A stretch of 64,000 nucleotides of DNA. It comes from Emiliania huxleyi CCMP1516 (taxonomy: Eukaryota). A program made the translations under genes and the position numbers. Under the pieces are notes generated by a model. That model was not told the origin of the DNA. It did no database searches and saw only the letters and a list, made by a program, of their open reading frames with translations. Within the stretch, counting starts at the first letter, position 1. Each line of letters opens with the position of its first letter. Of the stretch, positions 41,361 through 53,131 are shown in pieces. The stretch spans positions 264,986 to 328,985 of the forward strand of contig NW_005201287.1 in NCBI RefSeq assembly GCF_000372725.1, read 5' to 3'.

Positions 41361-42536
41361 ATGGGGGCGCGAGCCGCCATCTTGGACTGTGAGGCGAGTA
41401 TTTGCAACCGGGAGCTCGCCGCCGCCCCTACACCGCCGCCGCCGCCCTCCCGGTGGCAAATAATCGCCCAAGTCGAAGAGTGCGCCCCGCCCTCGGTATC
41501 TGGGCGGCAGGCGGGACTAGAGTGGCACGCTGGTGCACGGATGGGGGCGCGAGCCGCCATCTTGGACTGTGAGGCGAGTATTTGCAACCGGGAGCTCGCC
41601 GCCGCCCCTACACCGCCGCCGCCGCCCTCCCGGTGGCAAATAATCGCCCAAGTCGAAGAGTGCGCCCCGCCCTCGGTATCTGGGCGGCAGGCGGGACTAG
41701 AGTGGCACGCTGGTGCACGGATGGGGGCGCGAGCCGCCATCTTGGACTGTGAGGCGAGTATTTGCAACCGGGAGCTCGCCGCCGCCCCTACACCGCCGCC
41801 GCCGCCCTCCCGGTGGCAAATAATAGCCCAAGTCGAAGAGTGCGCCCCGCCCTCGGTATCTGGGCGGCAGGCGGGGCTAGAGTGGCACGCTGGTGCACGG
41901 ATGGGGGCGCGAGCCGCCATCTTGGACTGTGAGGCGAGTATTTGCAACCGGGAGCTCGCCGCCGCCCCTACACCGCCGCCGCCGCCCTCCCGGTGGCAAA
42001 TAATAGCCCAAGTCGAAGAGTGCGCCCCGCCCTCGGTATCTGGGCGGCAGGCGGGGCTAGAGTGGCACGCCGGTGCACGGATGGGGGCGCGAGCCGCCAT
42101 CTTGGACTGTGAGGCGAGTATTTGCAACCGGGAGCTCGCCGCCGCCCCTACACCGCCGCCGCCGCCCTCCCGGTGGCAAATAATCGCCCAAGTCGAAGAG
42201 TGCGCCCCGCCCTCGGTATCTGGGCGGCAGGCGGGACTAGAGTGGCACGCCGGTGCACGGATGGGGGCGCGAGCCGCCATCTTGGACTGTGAGGCGAGTA
42301 TTTGCAACCGGGAGCTCGCCGCCGCCCCTACACCGCCGCCGCCGCCCTCCCGGTGGCAAATAATAGCCCAAGTCGAAGAGTGCGCCCCGCCCTCGGTATC
42401 TGGGGCGGCGGCAGGCGGGACTAGAGTGGCACGCCGGTGCACGGATGGGGGCGCGAGCCGCCATCTTGGACTGTGAGGCGAGTATTTGCAACCGGGAGCT
42501 CGCCGCCGCCCCTACACCGCCGCCGCCGCCCTCCCG
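41361..42536. repeat. 180-bp tandem array, about 6.5 near-identical units
   Basis: Units start at 41361, 41541, 41721, 41901, 42081, 42261 (184 bp) and 42445 (partial). Confidence 0.97.
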
Positions 42537-43100
42537 ATGCGTCGGAGTCGACTCTCGACTGCACTGAGAGAGTTCATCCCACCATCAGCACCGTATTCGC
42601 CCACAGCATGCCATGAGATTCATATAGGTCTAGTGTACACATCAGCTCAGCGAGACCAATATCTCCAGCCTCCTTCATCTTGGCTGCTGCTTGGGAGCCA
42701 ACACCTGTGCAAGTGAGTGTCAGAGTGGTCGGAACTCGGTGGGAGCATCCGTCATCATTCACGTTCACACGACTCTTCACACTCGCTCGAAAAAGTGAAA
42801 TTTTGTTTCACATGAAATGTGAAGTGAAAGTGAAAGTGAAACCGATTCGCTGTTTCCATGTGAAATCACGAACCCTGTGACAGACTGGCAGCCTGTCGCG
42901 TGAGGATGTCATGATGTGTGCGAACTCAGCACACGCGGCTCGCGCGGGCCTGTGGAGTTGTCAAAACGAACAGCAGCAACGCAGGATCCCATATGAGGAG
43001 CCCCGCACGCAGCAACCCACACACACGCCCATCGAGTAACTCCCCCGCCCCCCCCCCCTCTCAAACCGGTGCGGGGCGCGCGCCTGAGCCCCCGGCGTCC

Positions 43101-43183
43101 CGGCAAGTGTGCGGGATGTCTGTGGGACCGAGCGAGAGCGATATGCCATGTCCGCCTTGCGTTTGTTTCATAACACTCTCTCT
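43101..43183. repeat. Dispersed repeat with an inverted copy at 49149..49231
   Basis: AGTGTGCGGGATGTCTGTGGGACCGAGCGAGAGCGATATGCC...ACACTCTCTCT matches the reverse complement at 49149..49231; this copy runs into the N-gap. Confidence 0.85.
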
Positions 43184-44199
43184 NNNNNNNNNNNNNNNNN
43201 NNNNNNNNNNNNNNNNNNNNNNNNNNNNNNNNNNNNNNNNNNNNNNNNNNNNNNNNNNNNNNNNNNNNNNNNNNNNNNNNNNNNNNNNNNNNNNNNNNNN
43301 NNNNNNNNNNNNNNNNNNNNNNNNNNNNNNNNNNNNNNNNNNNNNNNNNNNNNNNNNNNNNNNNNNNNNNNNNNNNNNNNNNNNNNNNNNNNNNNNNNNN
43401 NNNNNNNNNNNNNNNNNNNNNNNNNNNNNNNNNNNNNNNNNNNNNNNNNNNNNNNNNNNNNNNNNNNNNNNNNNNNNNNNNNNNNNNNNNNNNNNNNNNN
43501 NNNNNNNNNNNNNNNNNNNNNNNNNNNNNNNNNNNNNNNNNNNNNNNNNNNNNNNNNNNNNNNNNNNNNNNNNNNNNNNNNNNNNNNNNNNNNNNNNNNN
43601 NNNNNNNNNNNNNNNNNNNNNNNNNNNNNNNNNNNNNNNNNNNNNNNNNNNNNNNNNNNNNNNNNNNNNNNNNNNNNNNNNNNNNNNNNNNNNNNNNNNN
43701 NNNNNNNNNNNNNNNNNNNNNNNNNNNNNNNNNNNNNNNNNNNNNNNNNNNNNNNNNNNNNNNNNNNNNNNNNNNNNNNNNNNNNNNNNNNNNNNNNNNN
43801 NNNNNNNNNNNNNNNNNNNNNNNNNNNNNNNNNNNNNNNNNNNNNNNNNNNNNNNNNNNNNNNNNNNNNNNNNNNNNNNNNNNNNNNNNNNNNNNNNNNN
43901 NNNNNNNNNNNNNNNNNNNNNNNNNNNNNNNNNNNNNNNNNNNNNNNNNNNNNNNNNNNNNNNNNNNNNNNNNNNNNNNNNNNNNNNNNNNNNNNNNNNN
44001 NNNNNTTACCCCCCCCCCCCCCTTTCTTCGGTCGGCCCCTCCCCCCGGAAGAGTCCTCATTCGCGCATCAAGTGCCCCCGTTGGCGCGCCCCGTGCACCC
44101 TCGGGTGCTTTTTCTTTGCACGCCGGGCGGTCCGGTTGTGATGGCGCGCGCCGCCACCCCCTTTGCCGCCGCCGGGGGGGCCGCCGCCCGCCTTGCCGC

Positions 44200-47100
44200 A
44201 GGGGCCGAAATGAGCCGAGATGAGCCGAAAGGAGGCCGACATGGCCCAGGGGGGGGGGGGGGGGGGGGCACGCCTTGCCGCAAGAAGAGAAGGAGAACGC
44301 GTCGCGCAAGTAGGAGGTCTGCGGCGTGATGGAGCCTACGCCAGAGGTGCGAGCCCGTGCGAGGTGTGGCTCGAGAGGCAGGAGACCAGCGGCAGGACCA
44401 GTGCCGCAGTCGGCGTCGACGAAGGTGATCGTCGACGCCTCGAGATCAAAGACCGTCTCGCGGTAGCGCAGGATCGAAGCGCCTAAGGGGGAAGGGAGGC
44501 ACGGATGGGCGCAGCGAGAGGTCGCACGAGCGGCGGCAGCGAGCAAAGCGAGCGCCGATGACGGTGCCTCCGCCGCCGTTGTCAAAGACGGCGAGGCAGT
44601 AGTAGCGTCCGACCTTCCCTCCGGAGTGGGGGCGAGGGAACTCGACCATGTACTGCCTCGGCCCGATGAGCAGCGGCCTGCGGTGCGAGGTCACCATGCT
44701 GACGCACACCGCACCACCCCACCTGCCTCGGCCCGAGGAGTGGGCCGCCTGTCCGGCGCCGCCTCAAAGACGAGCTGGAGCCTAGCAGCCAAGCCACGGC
44801 AGGTGTGGCTCGTCACGAGAGTGCGTGTCAGGAGTGGGCTCGAGCGGCGAGGGACCTCGGCATCGCGTCGAGTGCGTCGGTGCTCGCGAACCAAGAGCAG
44901 GCGCGCGAGCCTGAAGATGGGGAGATGTGGGGAGACGTGGGGAGACGTGGGGAGATGTGGGGAGATGTGGGGAGAGGTGGGGAGGTGTGGGGAGGTGTGG
45001 GGAGAGGTGGGGAGAGGTGGGGAGACGTGGGGAGATGTGGGGAGAAGTGGGGAGATGTGGGGAGATGTGGGGAGATGTGGGGAGGTGTGGGGAGGTGTGG
45101 GGAGGTGTGGGGAGGTGTGGGGAGATGTGGGAGACGTGGGGAGATGTGGGGAGAAGTGAGCAGATGTGGCTAGATGTGGGGAGATATGGGCAGAGNNNNN
45201 NNNNNNNNNNNNNNNNNNNNNNNNNNNNNNNNNNNNNNNNNNNNNNNNNNNNNNNNNNNNNNNNNNNNNNNNNNNNNNNNNNNNNNNNNNNNNNNCGTGA
45301 CTGCTCCCCACCTAATCGCAGCTGGAGCTGACCGTTCACATCCCGTACTGAGTCGCGGGCGGGCCTCGCTCTGGCTCGACGCGGGGCAAATGCGGCTTGA
45401 GCGCAGAGAGGAGCGCCCGCCTGTGAGTCAGGATGGGATGAGAACGGCTCGCTCCAACACTCACTCCGCGGGGCGGAGACGACCCGCCCACCAGACGGGG
45501 GTGGACGCGTACACAAACGTGGTGCCTGCGGAGCGCGGGTCGTGGACGTGTCATGGACGCGTCCTCGGCGGGAGGGGGCCGGCGCCAAACGAAGGAGGCG
45601 CCAGAGTCCACGATTGCAGGGTGGAGGGAGGGAGGGAGGAAGCCGCCGAGCTTGACGTACTCACCATCCCCGCGGCCTCCGCCTCCGCCCAGACCCGCCG
45701 CACCGCCCCCTCCCCCCACCGCCGCCCCGCCGCCCGCCGGCCACCGCTCCACGCGGATCGACGACAAGCGCAGCGAGAAGAGCGCGCGCGCACGCTTCTC
45801 CAGCGGCACTGCAAGCGGCCTCCTGCCGCTGCCGCTGCCGCCGCTGCCGCCGCCGCCGCCGCCGCCGCCCGGAAGCTCCGGCGTGCTCTCTCCGCCGCCG
45901 CGCCCGCCCCTGCCCTTCAGCCCGCCGCGGCCACGCAGCGAGCGCACCGGACTGCCGTCGTCGTCGGCGCCTTTTGGCAAAGTGGGGGAGGTGTCTGGGA
46001 GGTGCCTCGGAGGTCTCTCTGAGGTGCCTCGGAGGTGCCTCTGAGGTGCCTCGGAGGTGCCTCGGAGGCGTTTTGGAGGTGTCTCGGACGTGTCTGCGAC
46101 GTGTCTGCGACGTGTCTCAATTGTCTCCGGTGCGTCTGCACACCCGTCGGTGCGAGTCTGCGGCCCCAGAAGGGAGGTCGAGGTGCGGCCGGCAGCTCCG
46201 AGGCTCTCCGGCTGCGCGGGGGAGGCCTGCCGCGGGAGGGGGGAGAGGGCTGCTCATTCATCCATTGTTGCTATCGCCTGATTGCACATGCCTCTTCTTC
46301 TAGTCACGATTCCGTGCCTGAAGATGTTCACCTCTCACGGCCACACGAGCATGAGCACTACTCTTCTCGCTCTGGCGTGCCGTCCGCCGAGGAGGAAGAG
46401 GCCGGAGGTGTCCGAGAGGCAGAGCGAGAAGGAGGGCCTAAGCACCAGCACCAGCCCTCCTCGACACTCTAACCCGGTTGTGTGTGTGTGTGTGTGTGCT
46501 ACACGCAGAGCGATAAGGCGGACCTCGCTCGCTGCTGCTCGACGAGGGCTGAGAGCCAGGACGGGACCCGCCCGCGGCCAGCCACAGCCTGCGGGAGGGG
46601 GCAGCGTGACGGCGAGACGACGGGGAGAGGAGGGCGAGAGGAGGGGCGCGGCGGGAGGACGGGCTCTCTCGGACGTGTCGCGTCGTGTCTCGTGTCCTTC
46701 CCCCCGCCTGCAAGCCGAGGATCCCGTCGGCGCGCTGCCGCTGGAACATGCCCGTCTCCTGGGTCTGGCAGCCTACCATTCCAGTCGCTGATGCTCATCA
46801 GCCATCGGAGAAGAAAGGCGTGCCCCTCCGCTCGGTCGTGGCGGCCGAAAAAGGCGCGAACGGTGGCCGGCGAGGCGCTCTCGCCGCCCTCCCCCCCCTG
46901 GAAGTGAACGAGGTCCTGCGGCGCGGGCGCGGGCGCTGGTCACAGCCACACGGTCACAGGCACAGGTGCAGTTGCTGGTGCGGCTTGCCGAGGCCCTTCT
47001 GCAGAGAGAGACGCAGCTGCGCGGCGCTATCTGCAAAGACGACTGTGGGTGGCGGGGCGTGCTAAATACCTTCACGATCTGGCCGCGTATGGAGGAGCCC

Positions 47101-47510
47101 TCGGTGTAGTGGACCGCGTAGCTGCACTGCGACGACACGCACTGGTCGCACTTCACGCCCGGATGCCTCTTGCCGTCGAGAGGGCAGGTCACGGGCACCA
47201 CCGTGCTCGAGGCTCGCAGGTCGAAGCGGCCAGCCTTGCCGCAGGCGTGGTCGCCGCAGGTGCGACACGAGGCGCAAGGCACCGCCGTGAGCGACGAGCC
47301 CGTGTCGATGATGAGCTCGTACCGGCGCGGCGGTGAGCCGACACAGACGTCGGTCGCATAGTAGCCGATAGTGTGCAGAGCGCCGGCGAGGATGCCGCCC
47401 GAGGCGAGGCGGCGGCCGTGGACGAGCGGGAGCGAGCCGTTTGCCAACTCCTCGCGCCGGTAGAAGAGCGGAGCCGGCTCTCCCCCGGGGAGGGAGTGGA
47501 AACGGAGCAT
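44200..47510 (-). CDS. Pepsin-family (A1) aspartic protease, multi-exon; 3' end uncertain near the gap
   Basis: GYY...VGSPPRRYELIIDTGSS (first Asp), CxxCxxCG insert, YTEGSSIRG, GCQTQETGMF..QRADGILGL, IVDSGASF (second Asp), YCLAVF...VIGA...VFDLEASTITFVDADC. Confidence 0.9.
44916..45190. repeat. 10-bp G-rich tandem repeat (GGGGAGATGT)n in an intron
   Basis: Directly visible degenerate decamer array. Confidence 0.95.
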
Positions 47511-49498
47511 ATTGTGATGTCTCCGCCCGCTGGTGCGGCGCCTGGAGCAAACTACGCGCGGCTTTTTATTTTCTTGAGGGTAGCCTTCGATTACACTCAT
47601 ACATTGGATTGTCATCACCTGTGAGTGCGAGATAGGGCTAGCCGTAGGCAGCTAGCCTCTGAGGAGGGCGACCATAGACACCTCACTAGACCCCACGCAC
47701 GGTCTCGTCCGTGCCCCGCCGGCCGGAGAGATTGCTTGCTGGATGGAGGTAGAGCAAGCAAGCCTGCTCTAGCCTCGCATATCACTTCCTGTTGTCTGTT
47801 GTTTGTTGTGCCCTTGTTTGTTCTCTTGGCACCTTGGAGTGCTGGGGGGGGCAACAGGGAGGATGTGGCCTTGAGTAGGGTGCCCACAGGGCCCAAAAAA
47901 AGAAAAGAAAAAAGAAATCGGCCACCCCCGATCGCAGCACTTCGTGTTGGCCAGTCGAGAAATTGAGAGTGTGACTAGGAGGGTGGGACGCTGGGGATTC
48001 TCAAAGGTATACCCTTGGAATGGCCGGATCCAGCCTTAAAAGTACGAGATCGCGCGCGCTTCGCGCACAGCACCGCCTGTTCTCCGCGGCTGTGTGACGC
48101 GCGCGTGCCGTGTACCAGCAGGGTTGGGCGCGCGCGGCGCGACGGCGCCCGCGAGGGAAGGCGCGGGTGCAGCGGCCGCCGGCGGCCGTACCGCCCGCCA
48201 GCCGGCGCAGCAGCGGCCAGCGCAGCGGCCGCCGGCGCAGCAGCCAGAGCAGCCGGTGCGCGCCTTGCGAGGCGAGTACTGCCGTCCGGCAGCCTTGAGG
48301 CGGCCGGGCGGCAGTACTCGTTCGAACTTTGCGAGCCGTGCGCGCGCCGAGGCGCCCGCGGCGCGCGCCCGCCCGGCTGCCAGTAGGAGGCGGCGCAATA
48401 TGGCCTATAGTACAGCCCTTGAGGAGGAGGAAGAGGCTGGCTGGCAGTGCTGTATGCCGCCGTGGGCAGTTTTGGGGTGCTGTCCCCATCCCAGGGGGCT
48501 GCAGAACGCGTCCGCAGCCGGGACAACCCGCCCCCCCAGCCGAGGCCGGTCGAAGCCCACTTGAGTGCAGCCATGAGGAGTCCTCTTGGTGCTCCTGGCG
48601 GCCGTTGGAATGGCGAGCGCGCGCCGATGGGGGGGGGGGGGGTCTTGCTTGCTCCACACCGAGCGCCATCGGTCCGGACCGGTGCACTCACCGAGGGGTG
48701 GCTTGCACAAGGTCTGAGCCGCGGGCGCTCGGCGCCAAGTGCAGTGTCACGCTCGCGCTGGAGCGGGACACAATGGGAAACCCTCGTTTCCTAGTCACTC
48801 GGTCCCCCAACGGAAGAGGCCTCTCTCCTATTGGAACTGGCCAACATCAGATTTGCCGCGTGCGTCCCTTTTTTAGCCGGAAAGCTATTTTCTTTTGGGT
48901 CCTGTGGGCACCCTACCTTGAGTTATGTGTGATACGCCTACTCAGGGTGTGTGGCAGCCCGCTGGCTGTGTGTCTTGTGAGCCTGTTTGTGTCTGTGTGT
49001 CGCTCGTGCGTGTCGTCATCATCTGTCTGGCGTCCACCCATACGCCATACCGCGTTGGTGTCCAGTCCGAGCCTGGCTGTTCTTCACCTTTCTACCTAAC
49101 TACCTACTTCGATGAGAGAGATTTTTAGCAATAGTTTGTTTGTCGATGAGAGAGAGTGTTATGAAACAAACGCAAGGCGGACATGGCATATCGCTCTCGC
49201 TCGGGCCCACAGACATCCCGCACACTCGCCGCACACCCGCCGCCCCCGCGCGCGCCCCGCCCCGGCTTTTTTCTTTTTCTTTAATCCCGCAATTTAAGTT
49301 ATCCAAACTTCCCTCAGGGCCCCGCTGGCACGCCGCCCTGGGGGGGCCGGTTCCAGCCGGAGCGAAAGAAAACAAGTAAAAAAAAGAAAACAAGTTTCTT
49401 CCCGCTATGCGCTCCTTTGGTTGCGTCCTTCCCCACTGTTGCTCTGGGAAAGCTCGCGCGCGAGCGCGCCCCACCCTCTGCCACCCTCCGTTCCTCTC

Positions 49499-50994
49499 AT
49501 GCTCGGTTTCGACGACTCCTCTCACCTTCTCATCGAACACGGGACAAGCAACCGTCAATGTCACTCCCTGAGGCGTGGCACCACATCGGCGTGGCTTCTT
49601 GGCCTCGCCGCCGTCTTCTCGCTCGCAGTCATGGCTGTGCAATCAGGCGGCTCTGTCTCGCGGGGTGTCGACCTAGAGCTGTTGAGATTTGCGGAAGAGA
49701 GGCGGAGCCGAGCTGCTCGCTGGCAAGATGCGATCCAGGACTCAGCGATCGAGGATCCAAACAAGCCGGTCCGGCCGGGCGACACGTCGTGTGTCGACCA
49801 CACCGACGGCCGCGTCTACTCCTTTGCGCCTGCGGTGATGCCCTTCTCCTGCCCGCCGTGCGGCGATCAGAATCACGAGCCGGTGCTGTGGCCTGGCGGC
49901 GCGATCCCGCCCACCCTCCTCGACCATTCCCGTGAGAGCCGCTCATACCTAGAGCGCCCTGTCCGGCCACAGGCGTCGTGCCTTACGAGATCGAGGACGT
50001 GCCGGGGGCGCCGCACGTCCGCGTCGGTGACGAGCTCAACAGCACATACGGCGGCATCCAGAACAGCGCCCTCAACGCCATGTTCTACATCGAGCAGGTG
50101 AGCAGCGTTCGCTTTGTGCGGCGCAACAGCGAGCCGAACTTTGTGCGTTTCGTGCGCGACTCGTCGCCATGCGACGGAAGCAGCAACTTTGGCGTGTGCG
50201 GGGGCATGCAGGAGATCCACATCCCGCACATCGGCTGCTACCAGGTTGACACTCGGCGCACGTTTGCCGGGACACCTATCCTTCTAGCCAGCCTCGACCC
50301 GGAGCCCCTCGCAGGCTATGTACGGCGGGCAGCCCACCGAGCAGCGGCTGCCCGGCGGCGCGCACCCGGTCCGCTCCAAAGCGAATGTGCTTCAGAAGGC
50401 CGTCTTCACCACTCCCGTCGGCGCGTGGCGGCGATCGAGGCGGCGCACCGCTGTTGCGGAAGCCCTGCCACTGTGACGCTGCTCTGGACCTCCTGTTCCG
50501 TAGGCATGGCGACGCACGAGACGATGCACGCGCTCGGCCTATTCCACACGCAAGCCTACCCGAACCGCGACGCGTTTGTCCAGATCCACTGGGACAACAT
50601 CAAGGGCATGACCCCGTCGGGCGTCGTGGGCACGGAGCAGTACGAGATGATCCCTTTTGACACCTTCAAGGACCCAAAGCAGGCGGAGGTCGCGGCGATG
50701 CCGTTTGATTTCGAGAGCGTGCTGATCTACATGGACACGGCCTGCGCCAAGTCCTGCCCGGAGAGTACCTGAGACTATCCGAAATTACCCTAGATTACCC
50801 GAGATTAGGCGTATGCCATCAACTCGTCCCTCCCGACCATGACGCGGCCCGACGGCAGCCCGCTGCCCCGAGGGACCGGGCAGCGGGTCCGCATGAGCGA
50901 GTCGGACATCTCAAAGATCAACACCCTCTACCCGGAAAGGAGGCCGCCGGCCGGCGTCAAGACCGCTGCGGGCGACGTCGACGCCCCGCTCTAG
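49499..50994 (+). CDS. Astacin-like zinc metalloprotease with an N-terminal membrane anchor, multi-exon
   Basis: HETMHALGLFHTQAYPNRDAFVQIHWDNI (HExxHxxGxxH), FDFESVLIY at the Met-turn position, GQRVRMSESDISKINTLY. Confidence 0.88.
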
Positions 50995-51399
50995 CGCGAG
51001 ATCGATCTCACAGCGCTCCAGCGGCTCCGCCCGGGCCCCCGCGCCCCCCGGCGCCCAGGCCCCCGTTCGACGACCTACATCCGATGGAAAGGGACCCGAA
51101 CAGCTCCTCCGAGTGTGATGGCTTCGTAGGACGTAGCCCGAAAGGGAGAACCTTGCTGTGTGCCTCGAGGCCGTGACGTTTACTCCGCTCCTTTTTGCAA
51201 AATCTCTCACGTCAAGGGGACCGCGATTCCACGACGTCACGCTTTGTCTCGCTCTTGGCCATTCTCCGCCGCCGGGGCCTCTAGCGGGCTGGGCGCCTTT
51301 CCTCGTCGCAGCAGCGCCGCCTCCTCGTCGCTGCGCTCGCAGCCCGTACAACGGCCACAGACGCGCGAAAGCGACCCCCACGCCGATAGGCACGCCTAC

Positions 51400-52339
51400 T
51401 CACAGCATGGGGCGTGAACGGCGCCTGATCGCAGCGGCGTCTTCTTTGGTGGCGAACGTTGCGTCGATCGGCGTGGCATGCGGCCCGCTGGAGAAGAACG
51501 CCTAGACATCCACAAGAAGAATGAAGTCGTTCACTCGTACTGCTGAGGCCTGCGGGCGGCAGACTGCCATGGCGGTGAGGACGAGGAAGATGCCGAGCAG
51601 GTAGGTCGAGGTGAGCTGCAGACCAAAGAGCACGTGCGACCCCAACGCGCCGAGGATGACAGACACCTGCTCTTTGACGGAGCGCCGTGTGCGAACGGAC
51701 CACAGGCCCACGCGCCGAGGGTGACGCACACCGTGAGCGAGAAGTTGCGGAGGATGTTGTCGGCCACCTTGATAGCCAGACCCGAGATGAGCCGAGGCGG
51801 GCCGGGATGAGCCGAGATGTGAGCCGAGATATGAGCCGAGATGAGCCGAGATGAGCCGAGATGACCCAAACTGCGCCGGCCTTTTACCTTGATGGTGACG
51901 GCGACGACGATGCCGCCCGCCGACTGCATGAGCACCTATGCACGCCGCCTGCGAATAAGAGACGCTGTCCACACGTCTTCGCCGCCCGCCGAGTACGTGA
52001 GCACCACGGCCCACGTCATCGCGGTGAAGCCGTGCAGCAGCCGCCGCCTCCTCCCAAGCAGCTCGCCCGAGGCGAACAGCGCGGCGAGGGCGATCAGCGC
52101 CGAGAAGAGGGCGAGCTGTATGTTCCTGCAGCAGGGCGCCTCGACGTTTCTCAGAGGGCTCCGTGAAGCGCCGGCGGGAGGGCGGGCTGTCCACTCCTCA
52201 GCCAGAGCGACGGGGAGCGGCAAAATTCGCTCATCTTGAAGTAGACCGACGCGAAGGCGGAGCACGCTGCCGCGCCAAGCATCGCGCCCAGACCAAGCGC
52301 CGCGCTTGCGCCGCCATCGCCGCCGCCGCCGCCGCCGCT

Positions 52340-52377
<38 letters not shown>

Positions 52378-53131
52378 TGCCATTCCCGCTGCCGCCACGG
52401 GCGTGGCCATGGCCTCCGCCGCTGCGGCCGCCGCCGCCGCTCGGCGCTGCGTCAAAGGCTCCCTGCACGCACAGCACGCCGAGCACGAGGAGGAGCATCG
52501 ACAGCCACTGCGCCGAGCCGAGCCGCGTGCCGAGCAGCGTGCGTGCGAAGAGGGCCGTGAAGAGGATCTTGGTCTGGTAGGCGAGCTGCTGCGCCGAGGC
52601 GTCGAGGTTGGCCGCCCCCACAAAGAGCAAGAAGTTTTGCGCCGTGTACATAAGGGCAGGCACGCCGAGCCGCATCCACTCGGCGCGCCGCTCGACGAGG
52701 TCGCCCCGCAGCGAGCGGGCCATGCCTGCGGTGGACAGACGGCGTTACGCATGCTCACGGTGGCGCGGTGTCAGCATCAGGAGTGTGCCACACACAGGCA
52801 CGGTGGCGCGGTGTCAGCAATATCAGGCGTGTGGCAGGCGTGGTGGCGCGTGAGCATGAGGCACAAATCGGCCTGGGAGGCCGCCGCACTCGACCGCGTA
52901 GGCAGCCGTGGAGATGGCCAGCTTGATGCCCTCAGCCACGAGAACGGCAACCTGAGGAGCGCAGCCGTGGCACCGTGTTTGGTGCGAGCGAGTGCCGAGT
53001 CCGACGGGCTGTTTTGTACGGACCATGTCTGAGTAGTCGGCATGCTCGAGCTTGGAGTAGCGCATCAGGAGGAAGGAGCCGGCGTTTTGGGCGGCACAGA
53101 GGCCGAGCGCGGCAGCTGCGGGCCACCGCAT
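51400..53131 (-). CDS. Nucleotide-sugar transporter (SLC35A / UDP-Gal or CMP-Sia type), multi-exon
   Basis: LLMRYS, AEGIKLAIS, VPALMYTAQNFL...NLDA..QQLAYQTKILFTALF, SAFASVYF, RNIQL, GGIVVAVTIK/VADNILRNFS. Confidence 0.9.

Larger units (their letters stand above)
40481..42877. mobile_element. Non-autonomous hAT-superfamily DNA transposon (2397 bp)
   Basis: Perfect 12-bp TIR CAGGGTTCGTGA / TCACGAACCCTG; perfect 8-bp TSD TGACAGAC (40473..40480 and 42878..42885); subterminal TTTCAC/GTGAAA arrays at both ends. Confidence 0.93.

Noticed and set aside
41361..42536. 180-bp array as a CRISPR array or a confirmed 399/392-aa protein
   Set aside because: No unique spacers. The open frames follow from a unit length divisible by three; no domain is recognisable, so it is kept only as a hypothesis.
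42909..44585. ORFs spanning N-runs (gaps 37967..38283, 43184..44005, 45196..45295, 57301..57400)
   Set aside because: Assembly gaps translated as X; ORF lengths are artefactual.
47975..48700. Overlapping GC-rich ORFs between the aspartic protease and astacin genes
   Set aside because: No recognisable domain or consistent exon structure.
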